A stretch of 63,618 nucleotides of DNA, filler included, from Chiloscyllium plagiosum (GCF_004010195.1; 3 parts of one record of this genome joined end to end with filler, not necessarily neighbours in it), one strand, 5' to 3'. Positions 50,560 to 63,618 are shown, numbered from the whole stretch's first letter. Notes: generated by a model from the letters alone, not told the origin. Translations and numbers: made by a program.

Positions 50560-53500
50560 TTGGTTAGTGATGAGGTTGATTGTTACCAGAAAACAAAAGG
50601 AAGGGACAGAGTGAGTGAATGTTAGATAGTGGCAAGGAACCATAAAAGTGTACGGAAATATGATAATAGAACAAACTTAAAGGTTTTGTATCTTAATGCA
50701 GGTAGCATTCAGAATAAGCTGGACAAAGTGATGGTACAAATCAAGATAAATTGCAGTCATAGGGATGTTAAACGAGTTAAAGGGAAGGAGACCTCTGGAG
50801 AGGTTATTAAAATTTCCAGAAAAAGTAATCGGATGGACAGTATGGAAAGAATCAGGTATCTTCAGGCACAACAGATAAGGGGTCAACTGTGAGAGGGGGC
50901 ATGGTCAATGCCAGAAGGAGGGTGTTGTATTTAAATGTCCGAAGTATATGAAACAATGTAAAAGAGCTTGTAGCACAGGTTGAAATTGGTGGGTACGATG
51001 TTGTGGAAATTATTGAGTCAGAACTGCAAGGAGTCAGAGCTGGGAATGAAATATCCAGGATACTGTCATATCGAAAGGACAGGCAGATGAGCACAATGGG
51101 TGGGGTTGCTTTGTTAGTAAGAAATGAAATGAAGTCATTAACAAAATGTAACAAGCGTTGGAAGGTGTACAATCTCGGTATGTTGAGTTGAGGAACCGCA
51201 AATGAAAAAGGACCCTGAGTGAAGTTACGTACAGGCAGTCCCCAGGGTGTGGGACTGAAAATAAATCAGAAAATAGAAGTGGTATGTTAAAAAAAAAGCA
51301 CCATTACGATAATCATGGGGGACTTCACATACAAGTGTACTGGGATTTCATGCTGGTAGTGGATCCCAAGAAAAAGAATACTGCATGTGGAATGCCTACA
51401 AGATTTTTTTGGAATAGCTTATGGTAGAACCATCAGGGAACAGGCAATTCTGGATTTAGTGATGTGTAACGAGGCAGACTTGATTAGGGAGCTTAAGGCG
51501 AAGGAATTCCTAGGAGGCAGTGACGATAATTTGATACAATTCACCCTGCAGTTTGAGAGGGAGAATCAGATGTTATAGTATTACAACTGAGTAAAGGAAA
51601 CTACAAAGACAAGAAGAAGGGCTTAATTGGAAGTGGAGTCTTGCAAGGAAAATGGTGGAGCAGCATTGGCAGGAGTTTCTGGGATAATTCAGGAGGCACT
51701 GCAGAAATTCACCCCAAGGAAGAAGAAACAAACTATGGGGAGAATGAGACAACCATGGCTGACAAGGGAAGTCAGAACAGCTGAAAAACAAAAGAAAAAA
51801 ACATACAATGTGTTGATGGTTATTTGGAACCCAGAGGATTGGGAAGCTTTAATAATGAGCAGAGAACTCCCAAAATAGCAATGGGGGGAGAAGGTGAAAC
51901 ATGAGAGGAAGCTTGCTAGCAATAAAGCAGAAGACTGCAACAGTTCCTTTTTTAGATATATGAAAGGTAAGAGAGAGACTGGACTTGGACTGCTAAGCAA
52001 TGAGACTGGAGAAGTAGTTATGGGGAGTAAAGAAATGGTACTTTGCATCAGTCTTCACAGTGGAAGACACCAGCAGCATATCAGAACTGCAAGAGAGTCA
52101 GTCAGGGGACAGAGATGAGTGGAGTCGCCTTTGCTAAGGAGAAGGTGCTGGGGAAGCTGAATGCTCAGAAGGTGGATAAATCATCTGGACCAGATGGACT
52201 ACATCACAGAGTTCTGAAGGACATAGCTGAGGAGATTGTAGAAGCATTGGTGGTGATCTTTCGGGAATCACTGGAGTCAGGGAGGGTCCCAGTGGACTGG
52301 TAAATAGTTAAAGCAACACCACTTATTTAAGAAGGGAGGAAGGCAGAATTTTTGAATCTGTAGGCTGGTTAGTCTGCCCTCAGTCATTGGTAAGAATATA
52401 GAATCCATTATTAAGGATGAGATTGCTGAGTAGCTTGGAAGTGCATGTTAAAGTAGAGCTGAGTCAGTATGCTTTGTCAAGGGATGGTCCTGCCTGACAA
52501 ATCTGTGAGAATTCTTTTAGGAGGTAACAAGCAAGTTACACAAAGGAGAGCCAGTGGATGCGATCTCTTTAGATTTCCAGAAGGCCTTTGATAAGGTGCT
52601 ACACAGGAAGCTGCTAAAGGGCAAGGTACGAACATGGATTGAGGATTGGTTGACTAGCAGCAGGCAGAGAGTGACAGACAAAGGGGTCTTGTTCAGGATG
52701 GCAGCCAGTGACTAGTTCCACAGGAGTCAGTGTTGGAACCATAACAATTCATGGTTTTCATTCATGATCTAGATGAAGGAATTGAAGGCATTGTTGTTTG
52801 CAGACGACAAAAAAATAAGTGGAGAGACAGATAGTGTTGAGGAGGTAGAGAGGTTGCAGAAAGACTTGGACATATTAGGAGAGTGGGAAAATAAGTGACA
52901 GATGGAATACCATGTGGCAAATTGTGAGGTTATGTACCTTGGTAGGAAGAATCAAGGAATTGACTATTTTATAAATGGGGAAAAGCTTTGGAAATCTCCA
53001 GAACAAAGAAACGTATTTCTGGATTCTCTTAAGGTTAACATGCAGGTTCATTTGGCAGTTAGGTAAACAAATACAATGTTACCATTCATTTCAACAGGGC
53101 TCAAATACAAGAGTAGGGATGTGCTGCTTTGGTTGTATAAGGCTCTGGTCAGACTGCATTTAGAATGTTGTGGCAATTTAGGGCCCTTTATCTAAGAAAA
53201 GATGTAGTGGCCTTAGAGGGAGGTCTGGAGAAAGCTCACAAGAATGATCTTGGGGATGAAGGGCATGTCAAATGAGAGCGCTTGAGGACTAGAGTCTGTA
53301 CTTGATGAAATTTAGAAAGATATGGGAAGATTTCATTGAAACTTACAGAATACCGAGAGGCCTGTTTTGAGTGGATGTGAAGAGATTAGGACCTGGGAAA
53401 ACAACCTTAGAGTGAAAAGAGGACACTTTGGAACTGAGATGAGAAGGAATTTCTTCAGACAGAGGGTGAATAGGTGGAATTCATTTCTACTGACGGGTGA

Positions 53501-53662
53501 GGAGGAAAAATCATTGAGTATATTTAAGACAGAAGTGGGCAGGTCCTTGATTGGTAAGGGGAAAGCAGGAGAATGGGATTGAGAAACATATCAGCTATGA
53601 TCGAATGGCAGAGAAGACTTGTGTAACCGAATGGCTCTGATATTTTAAGGTCTCATGGTTTT
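50560..53662 (+). mobile_element. old CR1 LINE(s), ORF2 EN through RT and 3' UTR, many frameshifts
   Basis: LYLNA.SI.NK, GGVALLV, EQAILDLVMCNE, SSGPDGLH, DFQKAFDKV, ADDKK remnants. Confidence 0.9.
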
Positions 53663-53739
53663 GATCAAAAGTTTAACTAAGCTTTGAATATATTCAAGTG
53701 CCAACATTCACTACTACATATGAAAAAGAATACCAAAGA

Positions 53740-54305
53740 CTAATAGATCTCTGCCAAATATTGGGCCACACACTTATCCAATCTACATCACAGACTCTTC
53801 ATGTCATCTTCAGAATTTTCTTGGCATTTTATTATCATCAGCAAATTTGATTCATAATAAACTGGTCTGTTCAACAAAGGTATTAATGTAGATCACACTG
53901 ATCTCTGAGGTACTCCAATAGTTACAATTTGCCAAGTTGAAAGTAACCATTTACTTCAACACTGTTTTCTGTTAGACAGATAATCCTTTATCTATGCTAA
54001 CACAGCTTCCATCACAATCCTATTTTTCTTGTGTTGTAACCTTTTATGAAGCACCTTATGCAACGCTTTGTGCAAACATGAGTGCAAAAGTATCTACTGA
54101 TTCCCCTTTATCCACTCTGCATGTTACTCCTTCAAATAAATCCAATAATCTTGTCGAACACAATTACCTTTCACAAAATCATGTTGACTCTGCCATTTTC
54201 TAAATGTCTGACTGCTACTCCCTCAATAATGGGGTTCAGCATTTTGCCAATGACAGATATTAGATTAGCGAGTATAATTTCCCGCTTTCTACCTCCTCCT
54301 TTCTT
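53740..54305 (-). mobile_element. old CR1 RT fragment
   Basis: Antisense remnants, e.g. ttgccaatgacagatattagatta (SLTSVIGK-like). Confidence 0.6.
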
Positions 54306-54384
54306 ATGTAGAGAGGAGGGTGGAGCAGATAGGAAGATGGACATTACTTTGACTATCTGCTGGGACCTTCCCAGAGTTCAGATG

Positions 54385-55750
54385 TAGAACATAGAACATA
54401 GAACAGTACAGCACAGAATAGGCCCTTCAGCCCACGATGTTGTGCCGACCATTGATCCTCATGTAAGGTAAACCTAATGTACAAACCCTCAAATTTCTGT
54501 GACCATACGCATGTCCAGCAGTCTCTTAAATATCCCCAATGACCCCGCTTCCACAACTGCTGCTGGCAACGCATTCCAAGCTCCCACAACTCTCTGCGTA
54601 AAGAACCCGCCTCTGACATCTCCTCTATACTTTCTGCCAAACAGCTTAAAACTATGACCCCTCATGTTAACAATTTCTGCCCTGGGAAAAAGTCTCTGGC
54701 TATCAACTCTATCTGTGCCTCTCATTATCTTGTACACCTCAATTAGGTCCCCTCTCTTCCTCCCTTTTTCCAATGAAAAAAGTCCGAGCTCAGTCAACCT
54801 CTCTTTGTAAGATAAGCCCTCCATTCTAGGCAGCACCCTTGTAAACCTCCTCTGAACCCTCTCCAAAGCATCCACATCTTTCCAATAATAGGGCGACCAG
54901 AACTGGACACAGTATTCCAAATGTGGTCTAACCGAAGTTTTATAGAGCTGCAACAAGATCTCACGGCTCTTAAACTCAATATCCCTGTTAATGAAAGCCA
55001 AAACACCAGATGCTTTCTTAACAACCCTGTCCACTTGGGTGGCAATTTTAATGGATCTATGTACCTGCACACCAAGATCCCACTGTTCCTCCACACTGCC
55101 AAGAATCCTGTCTTTAACCCTGTACTCAACTTTTAAGTTCGACCTTCCAAAATGCATCACTTCGCATTTATCCAGATTGAACTCCATCTGCCACCTCTCA
55201 GCCCATCTCTGCATCCTGTCAATGTCACGCTGCAGCCTACAACAGTCCTCTATACTGTCAACGACACCTCCAACCTTTGTGTCGTCTGCAAACTTGCTAA
55301 CCCATCCTTCAATCTCCTCATCCAAGTCATTAATAAAAATTACAAAGAGTAGACACCCAAGAACAGAGCCCTGTGGAACACCACTCACCACTGACTTCCA
55401 GGCAGAATACTTTCCTTCCACTACCACTCGCTGTCTTCTGTCAACCAGCCAATTCAGTATCCAGACACTAAATTTCCATGTATCCCATTACTCCTGACCT
55501 TCTGAACGAGCCTACCATGGGAAACCTTATCAAATGCCTTGGTGAAGTCCATGCACACCACATCCACCGCTCGACCCTCATCAACTTGTCTAGTAACATC
55601 CTCAAAGAACTCAATAAGATTTGTGAGGCATGACCTGCCCCTCACAAAGCCGTGCTGACTGCATTTAATCAAGCCATGCTCTTCCAGATGGTCATAAATC
55701 CTATCCCTCAGAATCCTTTCTAACACCTTGCAGATGACAGACGTGAGACT
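54385..55750 (-). mobile_element. young CR1 LINE 3' part (RT)
   Basis: ORFs 55454..55726 and 54489..55427 (312 aa) with QHGF, DFTKAFDKV, GVPQGSVLG, KFADDTK; (ttctatg)n tail. Confidence 0.95.
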
Positions 55751-55874
55751 GTGTAAATGCGAAGTGTAAGATGAGTTAAAAACATGAAATCAAACTGAAG
55801 CCTAATGAGTAGAAATAAATAAAATAAAATATAAAGAAAGGCTGGATGAGGCTGTTTTTAAATAAAGTAAAGAA

Positions 55875-56195
55875 GTCACATAGATTCTTTCTTATCCTCA
55901 GTATGTCCTAAAACTTTACAGCCAATTTAACACTCATGAATTGTGCTCATGGCTGTAGGAAATATAAAGGACAATTTGTACACAGCAAATTCTCAGAAAC
56001 AACAAAGTTACAATGACAATATCTTTTGTTTTACTGGTGAATGGTGATTATAGACCAGAAACCCTGGAACAATTTCTTCACTCTGAAATAGTGACTTGGG
56101 ATGTCTTATATCGACTTGAAATGATAGATGGGGCCTTAGTTTGACAAAAGGTGGCACCACTGACAGTGTAGAACTGCTTTGAGACTGCACTCAGT
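55875..56195 (-). mobile_element. old SINE, probably Deu-domain type
   Basis: tttacagccaat...ttgtacacagcaaattctca...gaaatagtgacttgggat...ctgacagtgtag; related copies at about 40280-40480 and 42240-42520. Confidence 0.55.
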
Positions 56196-56204
56196 CAAAA
56201 TTAT

Positions 56205-56570
56205 GCAGGAGGAAGTGATGACTGCAGATGCTAGAGATCAGATTCGAGAGTGTGGTGCTGGAAAAGCACAGCCAGTCAGGCAGCATCCGAGGAGCGGGAG
56301 AGAGCCCTTCATCAGGAAGGGGAATGAGGAAGCTGGTGAAATCCACATTGATGCTGTGTGGTTGGAGGGTCCCAAGGTGGAAGATGAGGCAATTTTCCTC
56401 CAGGCGTCGTGTGGTGAGGGTGCGGCAACGGAAGAGGCCCAGGCTCTGCATATCCTTGGTGGAGTGGGAGGGGGAGTTGAAGTGTTCGGCCATGGGGCAG
56501 TGGGATTAGTTGGTGTGGGTGTCCCAGAAATGTTCTTTGAAGCACTCTGCAAGTAGGTGTCCTGTCTCCT
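56205..56570 (-). mobile_element. Penelope-like 3' fragment
   Basis: AEHFNSPSHS..LEENCLIFHLGTLQP plus terminal repeat. Confidence 0.88.
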
Positions 56571-57471
56571 ATTCTTTGCAGCTTTTTCTTTGAAGTGGAA
56601 TTTTAAGGTATAACATTAAGTGTTTGAGATCAAACAGTTATGTTGCAAAGCAGAGATGGCACTCAGTTCATGAAACAAATTTGAACTGGATTGCTTGGTA
56701 AAGAATTTCAGACCAGTTGTTCATTTCAGGGAATACTTGCTGAAGGGGATCTAATTTAATGGTATCAATTTTAAAATAGCAAATTGCATGTTACGCATTC
56801 AACACATTCGTTTACTTCCTTTTGCATTTTTAACCAGCACTTTCTCCCCACAGCACAGATCATTCATTATCAATGAGCAGCATATTGAAACTGATGGCTG
56901 TGACTCAACATCATTGAATCAATGTATTTTCTATGCACAAAGCAAAAAATAACATTCACACACATTGGAAATAAGTGCTCTGAAAGTGAAAAAGTTCTTC
57001 AGAGTTTCCCAGAATAAGAACTGTAGAAATTTATCAATGATAATAAACGCTAGAATTAGCTGGCAGGTTTATAAGACTTGTTGAACATCAGGGATTTTGT
57101 TAACATTGAAATTTATCACACCCTTAAATTCAATTAAAGTCTTACATCTCAGTGCTAAATATCTACATAGATAGTTTATCAAAGTCTCCAGTGCTAAGTT
57201 TCTTCTACTGCTGTGTCCAGGAATATCCATTAGAGAATCATCTTGCCTTATATACAAGAGACTGTGTATTTTCACTGATAATGTTTAAATTTGCAGGATA
57301 CTCTAATCCATAGGTTATTTTCGCAATAAATCAACAACAATAACTTGCATTTATAGAGCAGCTTTAAGCATTAGGGATGCTTCACGAGAACACAATCAGA
57401 CACTGAACCAAAATAGGAGATATTGGAAGGAATGCAAATGATTGTTGAAATGTGCATTTTGATAATTGTCT

Positions 57472-57768
57472 GAATCATAAAATCCCTACAGTGTGGAAGC
57501 AGGCCATTTGCCCCATTGAGTTCACACTGACCCAGTCCCCTATCCTATAATCCTGAATTTCCATGGCTAATTTACCTTGCCTGCATATCTCTGGATACCA
57601 TGGGCAATTTAGGATGGCTAATGCAACTAGCCATCACATCTTTAGATGGTTGGGAGGAAACCTATGCAGACAAGTGGAGAATATGCAAACTCCACACAAT
57701 TGCCTGAGAGTAGAATCAACCCTGGGATCCCAGAACTGTGAGGCAGCAGTGCTAATCACTGAGCCATC
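57472..57768 (-). mobile_element. HE1-type V-SINE inserted in an old LINE (possibly L2, about 57330-58700)
   Basis: gcaaactccacaca...tgtgaggcagcagtgctaatcactgagcca antisense head. Confidence 0.85.
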
Positions 57769-59449
57769 TGTGAAGGAGGATTCAGAGGACGAATATATGT
57801 GGAATGGAGTTTCAGAGTTTTGAATCCATACAGCTAAAATCATAGCAGCCAATGATGGACAAAGGCAGCTGCAGATGCAGTACCAAAGACCAGAATTGGA
57901 GGAATGCAGAGTGCTTGGATGGTTAAAGTCTGAAGGAGACTGCAGAGATAGGAGAGATGAGGCTGAGAAGGGTTTGCTGCATTTGGATAAGAATCTTAAT
58001 TTTCATGCATTGTAAGATTGATAGCCAATTTTGTACAGTGAGCACAGGAGTGATGGATGAGTAAAACTTGATGTTGGCTAGGATTTAAGCAGTAGATCCT
58101 TGGAGAAGCACAATGTCTATAGAGGGTTGAACATGAGAGGTTGGCTGAGTGAACATGGAACTGATCCAAATGGTTAGTGGTATATACATGGACAAAGGTT
58201 TCAGCAGAAGATGCATTGCCACAGAGATGGATATGGGCAATGGCATCAAGTTAGAGGTGAATTGTTTTCAAGATAGAGGAGTTGTTAGGGCTGATCTGAT
58301 GTTGATATTGCAAACTGTTCACCTTCATTGTTACAATAGAAAAGGGGTCGGAGGAAGTTAAACCCCATTTTTGGCTGGGGTCGGAGATGATTACTTCAGT
58401 CTTGCAAATATTTAACTGAAGGGAAGTGGGGCTCTTTCAGGACTGCATGTTGAATGAAGTATTCTGACAACACCATAGCAGTGGGGCCGGGGAGAGAGGT
58501 GATGCAGTTTAGTGTCATCAGCACAATTGAAGATCTCATGCCACATATTTGAATTATGCTGTCAAGGTGCAGCAGATCAAGGAGGAGAAGGATGAATCTA
58601 AGGAGAGATTCTTGGCAGGATTCAGAGATAATGAGAGTGAAATTGTTGTGCTGTACATTTAAGGGCCCATATGTTATATTGTTGTCAATCACTTCCCCCC
58701 CACGATATGATATGACACATAATCTAAGGACTTTGTAACAGAAGAAAACAGCTATTTGACAGGTATCATCTGTTTAAACTCTTACCTTCACACGATGAAA
58801 ACATCTTATTATTTTACCGATCCTTTTTGTGTAATGGTTGTGATAAGCAGGAGGACAGAACAGGGGTGGCTAAAGAATCTATTTATGAAAGTGCTTGGAT
58901 TTCTATTGAATAGGTAAAAATGGGGCCACATGAGGCTTTTTTTGCATGGACAGGTCATTAACCTGTCTCGCAAATGCCCTGTAGAAGGATTGGTGATGAT
59001 ATTACCTAGCTTCTACTTTCTATTTGACTTACAAACCTACTGTGAGTTACATTCCCATCAGTAGAGCTCTCAGGGTTATAGGATTAAGCTTGCAATCCCA
59101 GGCCATCAGGGGGAGAGATAAATGCAACAACCCATGGGCCATCCATAGTTATATATGGCTTTGTTCAATCATGATGAAAATGGCTGGATTCGAAAATCAC
59201 AAAGTTACAATAGCACAAGATGTGATGGGAAAACAGAATATTAAAGACTTACCAAGTCAAATTTTAAAAATGTGCAACTTGATAGAGGGAATACAACAAT
59301 ACTTAAATTAATATTTTTTGTGAATGATAGTAACCTAACAATATTTGTCATTTGTGATGTCAAAAAAAGTGGCATATCTATTAGTGGTAGATTGTTTAAA
59401 AAAATTGCTTCTTTTTAATTTGTTTGGTCCTGGTACCATAGGTGCTAGT

Positions 59450-60436
59450 TAAGAAAAGGTTTGCTGCATATCCATCTCCCTTTTGAAACCTCTTACAGAA
59501 CCCACCTCCACCGCACCCCCAGGCATCATGTTCCAAACCCTAACATCTCTTTGAGTAAATAAGTTTCTTCTCATCTCACTCCCAGCACTCTTGCTGACAA
59601 TCTTGAAATTGTAACCCCTCATTACTGACATACCAACTAGTGCAAACAGAATTTCCTTCTTTATACTGTCAAAATTGTTCACACCTCTGAACACCACAAT
59701 AAGGTCACCTGTTAACCTTCTCTGCTCCAAGGAGAATAAGCCCAATTTCTCTAACATTTCCTTGCATTTAAAATTCCTCGTTCCTGGTATCATTCCAGTA
59801 AATCTCCTTTGCACTCTCCCCAAGGCTTTCACATCTTTTCTTATATAAGGTTCCCAGAACTGAACACAACACTCTGTAAATCTGGCCTGGCCAATGATTT
59901 ATGGAGGCATAACATCACTTCCTTGCTTTTATACTCAATGCTTCTATTTATAATCACAAGGATCTCATAAGCCATCTTAACAACTGCTTCAACTTGCCTG
60001 GCCACCTTCAGAGAATCATGCACACAAACCCCAAGTCTCTCTGCTCCTGTGTACTTCCCTCAAAGTTGTACCACTGAGGCTGTATTGCCTTATAATGTTT
60101 CTTCTGCCAAAAGTGCATCATCGCACATTTCTCTATAATGAGATTCATCTGCCAGGTGTTTGCCTATTTGTCTAACTTGTCAATGTCTCTCTGAATTCAC
60201 TCAGCATCGTCCTCAGAATTCATTATTCATCATAGCTTAGCATTGTCTACAAATTTAGGAATTTGCAGTCAACACCCATCTTCAAATTGTTTATATAAAT
60301 CAGAAAGAGCAAGGGTCCCCACACTAATCCCTGAGGAAGACCACTTTAAACTTATTTTCAATCTGAGAAATGCCAACTTATACCTATCCTCTGTTTCCTG
60401 TCATTTAGCCAACTTCTAATGCACACTGTTAAGGAC
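59450..60436 (-). mobile_element. CR1 LINE RT C-terminal fragment
   Basis: VQRRFTGMIPG..LGLFSLEQRRLTGDLI (ORF 59449..59832). Confidence 0.88.
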
Positions 60437-60439
60437 CCA

Positions 60440-60623
60440 GCAATTCAGGCAGCATCCGACGAGCAGCAAAATCGACGTTTCGGGCAAAAGCCCTTCATCA
60501 GGAATAAAGGCAGAGAGCCTGAAGCGTGGAGAGATAAGCTTGAGGAGGATCGGGGTGGGGAAAAAGTAGCATAGAGTACAATAGGTGACCTGGGAGTTGC
60601 AGTGGGAGAGGGACTCCCTGAGA
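60440..60623 (-). mobile_element. Penelope-like terminal repeat with hammerhead core (60470-60505), runs into gap
   Basis: Nearly identical to 38100-38270. Confidence 0.88.
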
Positions 60624-60723
60624 NNNNNNNNNNNNNNNNNNNNNNNNNNNNNNNNNNNNNNNNNNNNTTAATTAATTAANNNNNNNNNNNNNNNNNNNNN
60701 NNNNNNNNNNNNNNNNNNNNNNN
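60624..60723. other. assembly gap with artificial TTAATTAATTAA spacer
   Basis: Same 100-bp N/spacer/N design as 29351-29450. Confidence 0.9.
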
Positions 60724-61239
60724 ACCCCCCAAAACCCCATCCAACACCGCCCGTCCCCTAAACCCCATCCAACACCGCCCACCGCCTGCCTCCATGCCCT
60801 CAACACTGGCCCTGCGCACCCCAGGCACCCCTCTTCGCACCCCACTCCCCCACCTCCGGCTGCCCTGCCCCCTCTCTAGGGCAGCCAGACAGGACAACAA
60901 CAACAAAACTGCTGCTGCCTTATGAGTCTCCAAATAGCACACACTCAGGAAACTTTTTATTGCAACTTTTTCACAGGTTCCACCTTTGCCCTGTACAGGA
61001 CAATGTTGGAGAGATTATCTGGGGAAGGGAGGGTTAGGGTACACACCTGTGTACAACTCCAGGGAAAGTATGGGAAGAGAGAGAGAGAGAGAGAGAGAGA
61101 AAGAAGGTGGGAGATCAGTCATTTAGAGACAGTGCCTGCGCTCCCAGCAGTCCAAGACTGTTCTAGGCAGCACTTTTAATCACTATTAACAAAAGATGCG
61201 ATCAGTGTTAGACACACGTCTTTGATGTAGTGTTTCTTT

Positions 61240-61311
61240 CGGGACCTCGAGATTTCCTTCAGATAATTTGATTTTCGGATAATTGGTATTTGGATAATCG
61301 AGATTCCTCTG
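61240..61311. mobile_element. right end of a pogo/Tigger-like DNA element (related to the 45432 MITE)
   Basis: ttcggataattggtatttggataatcgagattcctctg followed by TA. Confidence 0.6.
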
Positions 61312-61313
61312 TA

Positions 61314-63520
61314 TTTACAATTTTTTGCTCTAACCTATCTTTTACCTTCCCTTCTAGAATACTAATCCGATAAAACCCCTGATTAAGATTCACAAAATCA
61401 CACTTCCTAGCCCAAAACCAGGCAGCTTCCATGCTGCTATTTGGATCTTCCTATATCTTCTTTTCTTCTTCTTAGGAATTTCTGTGTCACAGATTACTGA
61501 TCGAAAAGGTAATTTTAAGATCAGTCAGGGAGGGGGTGAGTGCAGTGTTGTGTTCTCCTCTCAACTGTACAATTTTCCCCGGACTTATACCCCAAAAGCA
61601 TCGGATTGTGTCACTGGCTTTTAAGATTGTCAATATACTCAATTCCAACTGGATTGGAGCTTGATATTTTTCAGGGTATAATTTAAACTGTTTGGCTGAA
61701 TTCAAATTTGTGTTATTGACTCTTAGCAATTCAGTGATGTTTGTTCTGAATCAAATGTTACTTTGTAAATTCTCCAGCACTCGATGTACTTCCCAAGTCC
61801 TTCACTCTCTTAAAGCTACACCCACATCTTCATAACACCTCCCCCTTAAGAAAAAAATGAACTATGATAATGAAAAAAAGGCTTCATTTCTTTCCCTACT
61901 TTTAAAACACATTACCTAACATATAGATAACTTTAAAATAAGTTCATCTTAACTTTTACCCATATACCTGTATATGTATAACATTAAATAAAGACAAATC
62001 TCATCTAAACTCTATCAGTTTAATCCACGATAATACATCTGTGATTACATTCTTCCGACCCGCACATGTACGATATTTAAATTAAAAGTCTGTAACATAA
62101 GACTCCAATGAAATAGTCACATATTCTTATCTTTAAAACTTTCTAAGAATGGAATGTGATCTGTGTACACAAATGGTTCAGACACGTTGTTCGTGGCATA
62201 CACAGTAAAATGTTGTAAGGCCAATACCAAGCTCAATCGTTCCTTTTCAATTGTGGAGTATTTCCGCTGGTGGATGTTGATCTTCTTTGAAAAATAACCA
62301 ACTGGCAGTCAATCCCATCCTCATCTTCCCGTAGGAGTACAGCTCCAACTCCTATGTCACTAGCATCGATGGCGACTTTAAAAGGTTTTGAAAAATTTGG
62401 TGTAGCTAAAACTGGTTTAGTGGTTAATATCGATTTCAAATGGTCGAATGCCTCCTGGCATTGTTCTGTCCACCGAAACCTTGTGTTCTTCTTCAGCAAA
62501 TCAGTTAACTGTGCCACTACACTGCTGAAGTTTGGAACAAACTTCCGATCGAATCCCCTGAGTCCTAAGAATCAAAGCACCTCTTTCTTTGAGGTTGGTC
62601 GTGGAAATTCCTCGATGGCCTTCACCTTTGCATTCTGTGGAATCAACCTTCTATAACTGATATTATGTCCCAAGAACGTCACCTCTGCCTTCGCGAATTC
62701 TGTTTTATTTACGTGTATCACCAGTTTTGCTTCTCGTAGTCATTCAAAGAGCTCTGCCGGCTGTACCATGTGATCTTTCCAGGACTTATTAAAAATCACT
62801 TCATCGTCCAAATAGACTGCACAGTTTGTTAACCCAGCCACAACTCTGTTCATGAGTCTTTGGCATCACTTTAAACTGATATCGCCCATTTGGGGTTACA
62901 AATGCAGAAATGTCTTTCACCAACTTGGTGATGTAACTGGTTTGTCCAATTTTCTCAATACAGTCCTCCAATCTAGGAATTGGATATGAGTCTGATTTTG
63001 TGACAGTATTGACCTTCCAATAATCCGTGCAGAATCATTGAGTTCTGTCCAGTTTCAGAACTAAGATGATTGGCGAGCTCCACTTGCTTTGGCTTGGTTT
63101 GATGATGTTCTCGTCGAGCATGGCCTCCACCTTCATCTGGACCTGTCTGGGTTTGAAAGGATTAAGCTGATGGGGGTGCATCGGAGCAGTATTCCTTACG
63201 TCTACTTCATGTACAATAGCATTTCTCCTCCCCAACTGATTCTTACATATGTCCTTATATTGCAGTAACAAATCTTTCAACTGCATTCTATGCTCCTGAG
63301 ACAGACAACTTACAAATCTATTCCACTCCTCAAGGATTTCATTTTTAAATCTATTTTGAGGCTCCTCAAAATCCACATTATCTGGATTTGATTCCTGACT
63401 CTGCAGGGCAGTAACTAACATCTGTTTCTCTAGTTCTTTCTCTCTAGTGTAGTACATTTTCAACATGTTCACATTGCATACCCGAAACTTTTATTTCCTA
63501 TCTGGCATCTTTATTAAATA
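61314..63520 (-). mobile_element. decayed Gypsy LTR retrotransposon, Gmr1-like (INT end - RT - RNase H - PPT - 3' LTR)
   Basis: YLIKMPDRK*KFRVCNVNMLKMY (integrase C-terminus), then SQSKWSSPIILV, YPIPRLEDC, YLDD (62803-62814), FKVAIDASDIGVGAVL; PPT AAGGGGGAGG at 61838-61847 followed by TG at 61837. Confidence 0.85.
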
Positions 63521-63618
63521 GGAGGAGAAAGTGAGGTCTGCAGATGCTGGAGATCAGAGCTGAAAATGTGTTGCTGGAAAAGCGCAGCAGGTCAGGCAGC
63601 ATCCAGGGAACAGGAGAA
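63521..63618 (-). mobile_element. Penelope-like terminus inserted into the Gypsy integrase region
   Basis: ggagaaagtgaggtctgcagatgctggagatc...caggtcaggcagcatccagggaacaggaga matches the 33769-33986 element. Confidence 0.85.

Noticed and set aside
58786..58978. Minus-strand exon with AAG|GTAAGA donor
   Set aside because: Stops in all three frames and no other support; cannot be distinguished from chance
1..63618. CRISPR array or prokaryotic defence system
   Set aside because: No repeat-spacer array or operon structure; the sequence is vertebrate and retroelement-dominated

Overview
Eukaryotic, repeat-dense genomic DNA, almost certainly from a cartilaginous fish. The evidence is HE1-type V-SINEs, abundant CR1 LINEs and hammerhead-bearing Penelope-like elements; a bamboo-shark-like species is a guess. 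No recognisable host protein-coding gene, RNA gene or CRISPR array was found, and nearly all long ORFs are broken retroelement ORFs. Contents: many CR1 copies of different ages; Penelope-like elements (RT + GIY-YIG) and their hammerhead-carrying termini; a Tx1-type fragment; several SINE families; a Tc1/mariner-pogo-type MITE; and a decayed Gypsy element with Gmr1-type INT-RT-RH order. Two 100-bp gaps carry an artificial TTAATTAATTAA spacer. The most interesting signals lie in the unique islands. These are five RBPJ/CSL heptamers within about 620 bp overlapping an old duplicated and possibly structured element, NF-kB/STAT and IRF/STAT composite motifs, and an RFX X-box. There are also two perfect hairpins, one carrying an intact minimal hammerhead with a 15-bp TSD, and an island with exon-like signals bracketed by inverted CR1 copies. 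Repeat boundaries are read by eye and are approximate.
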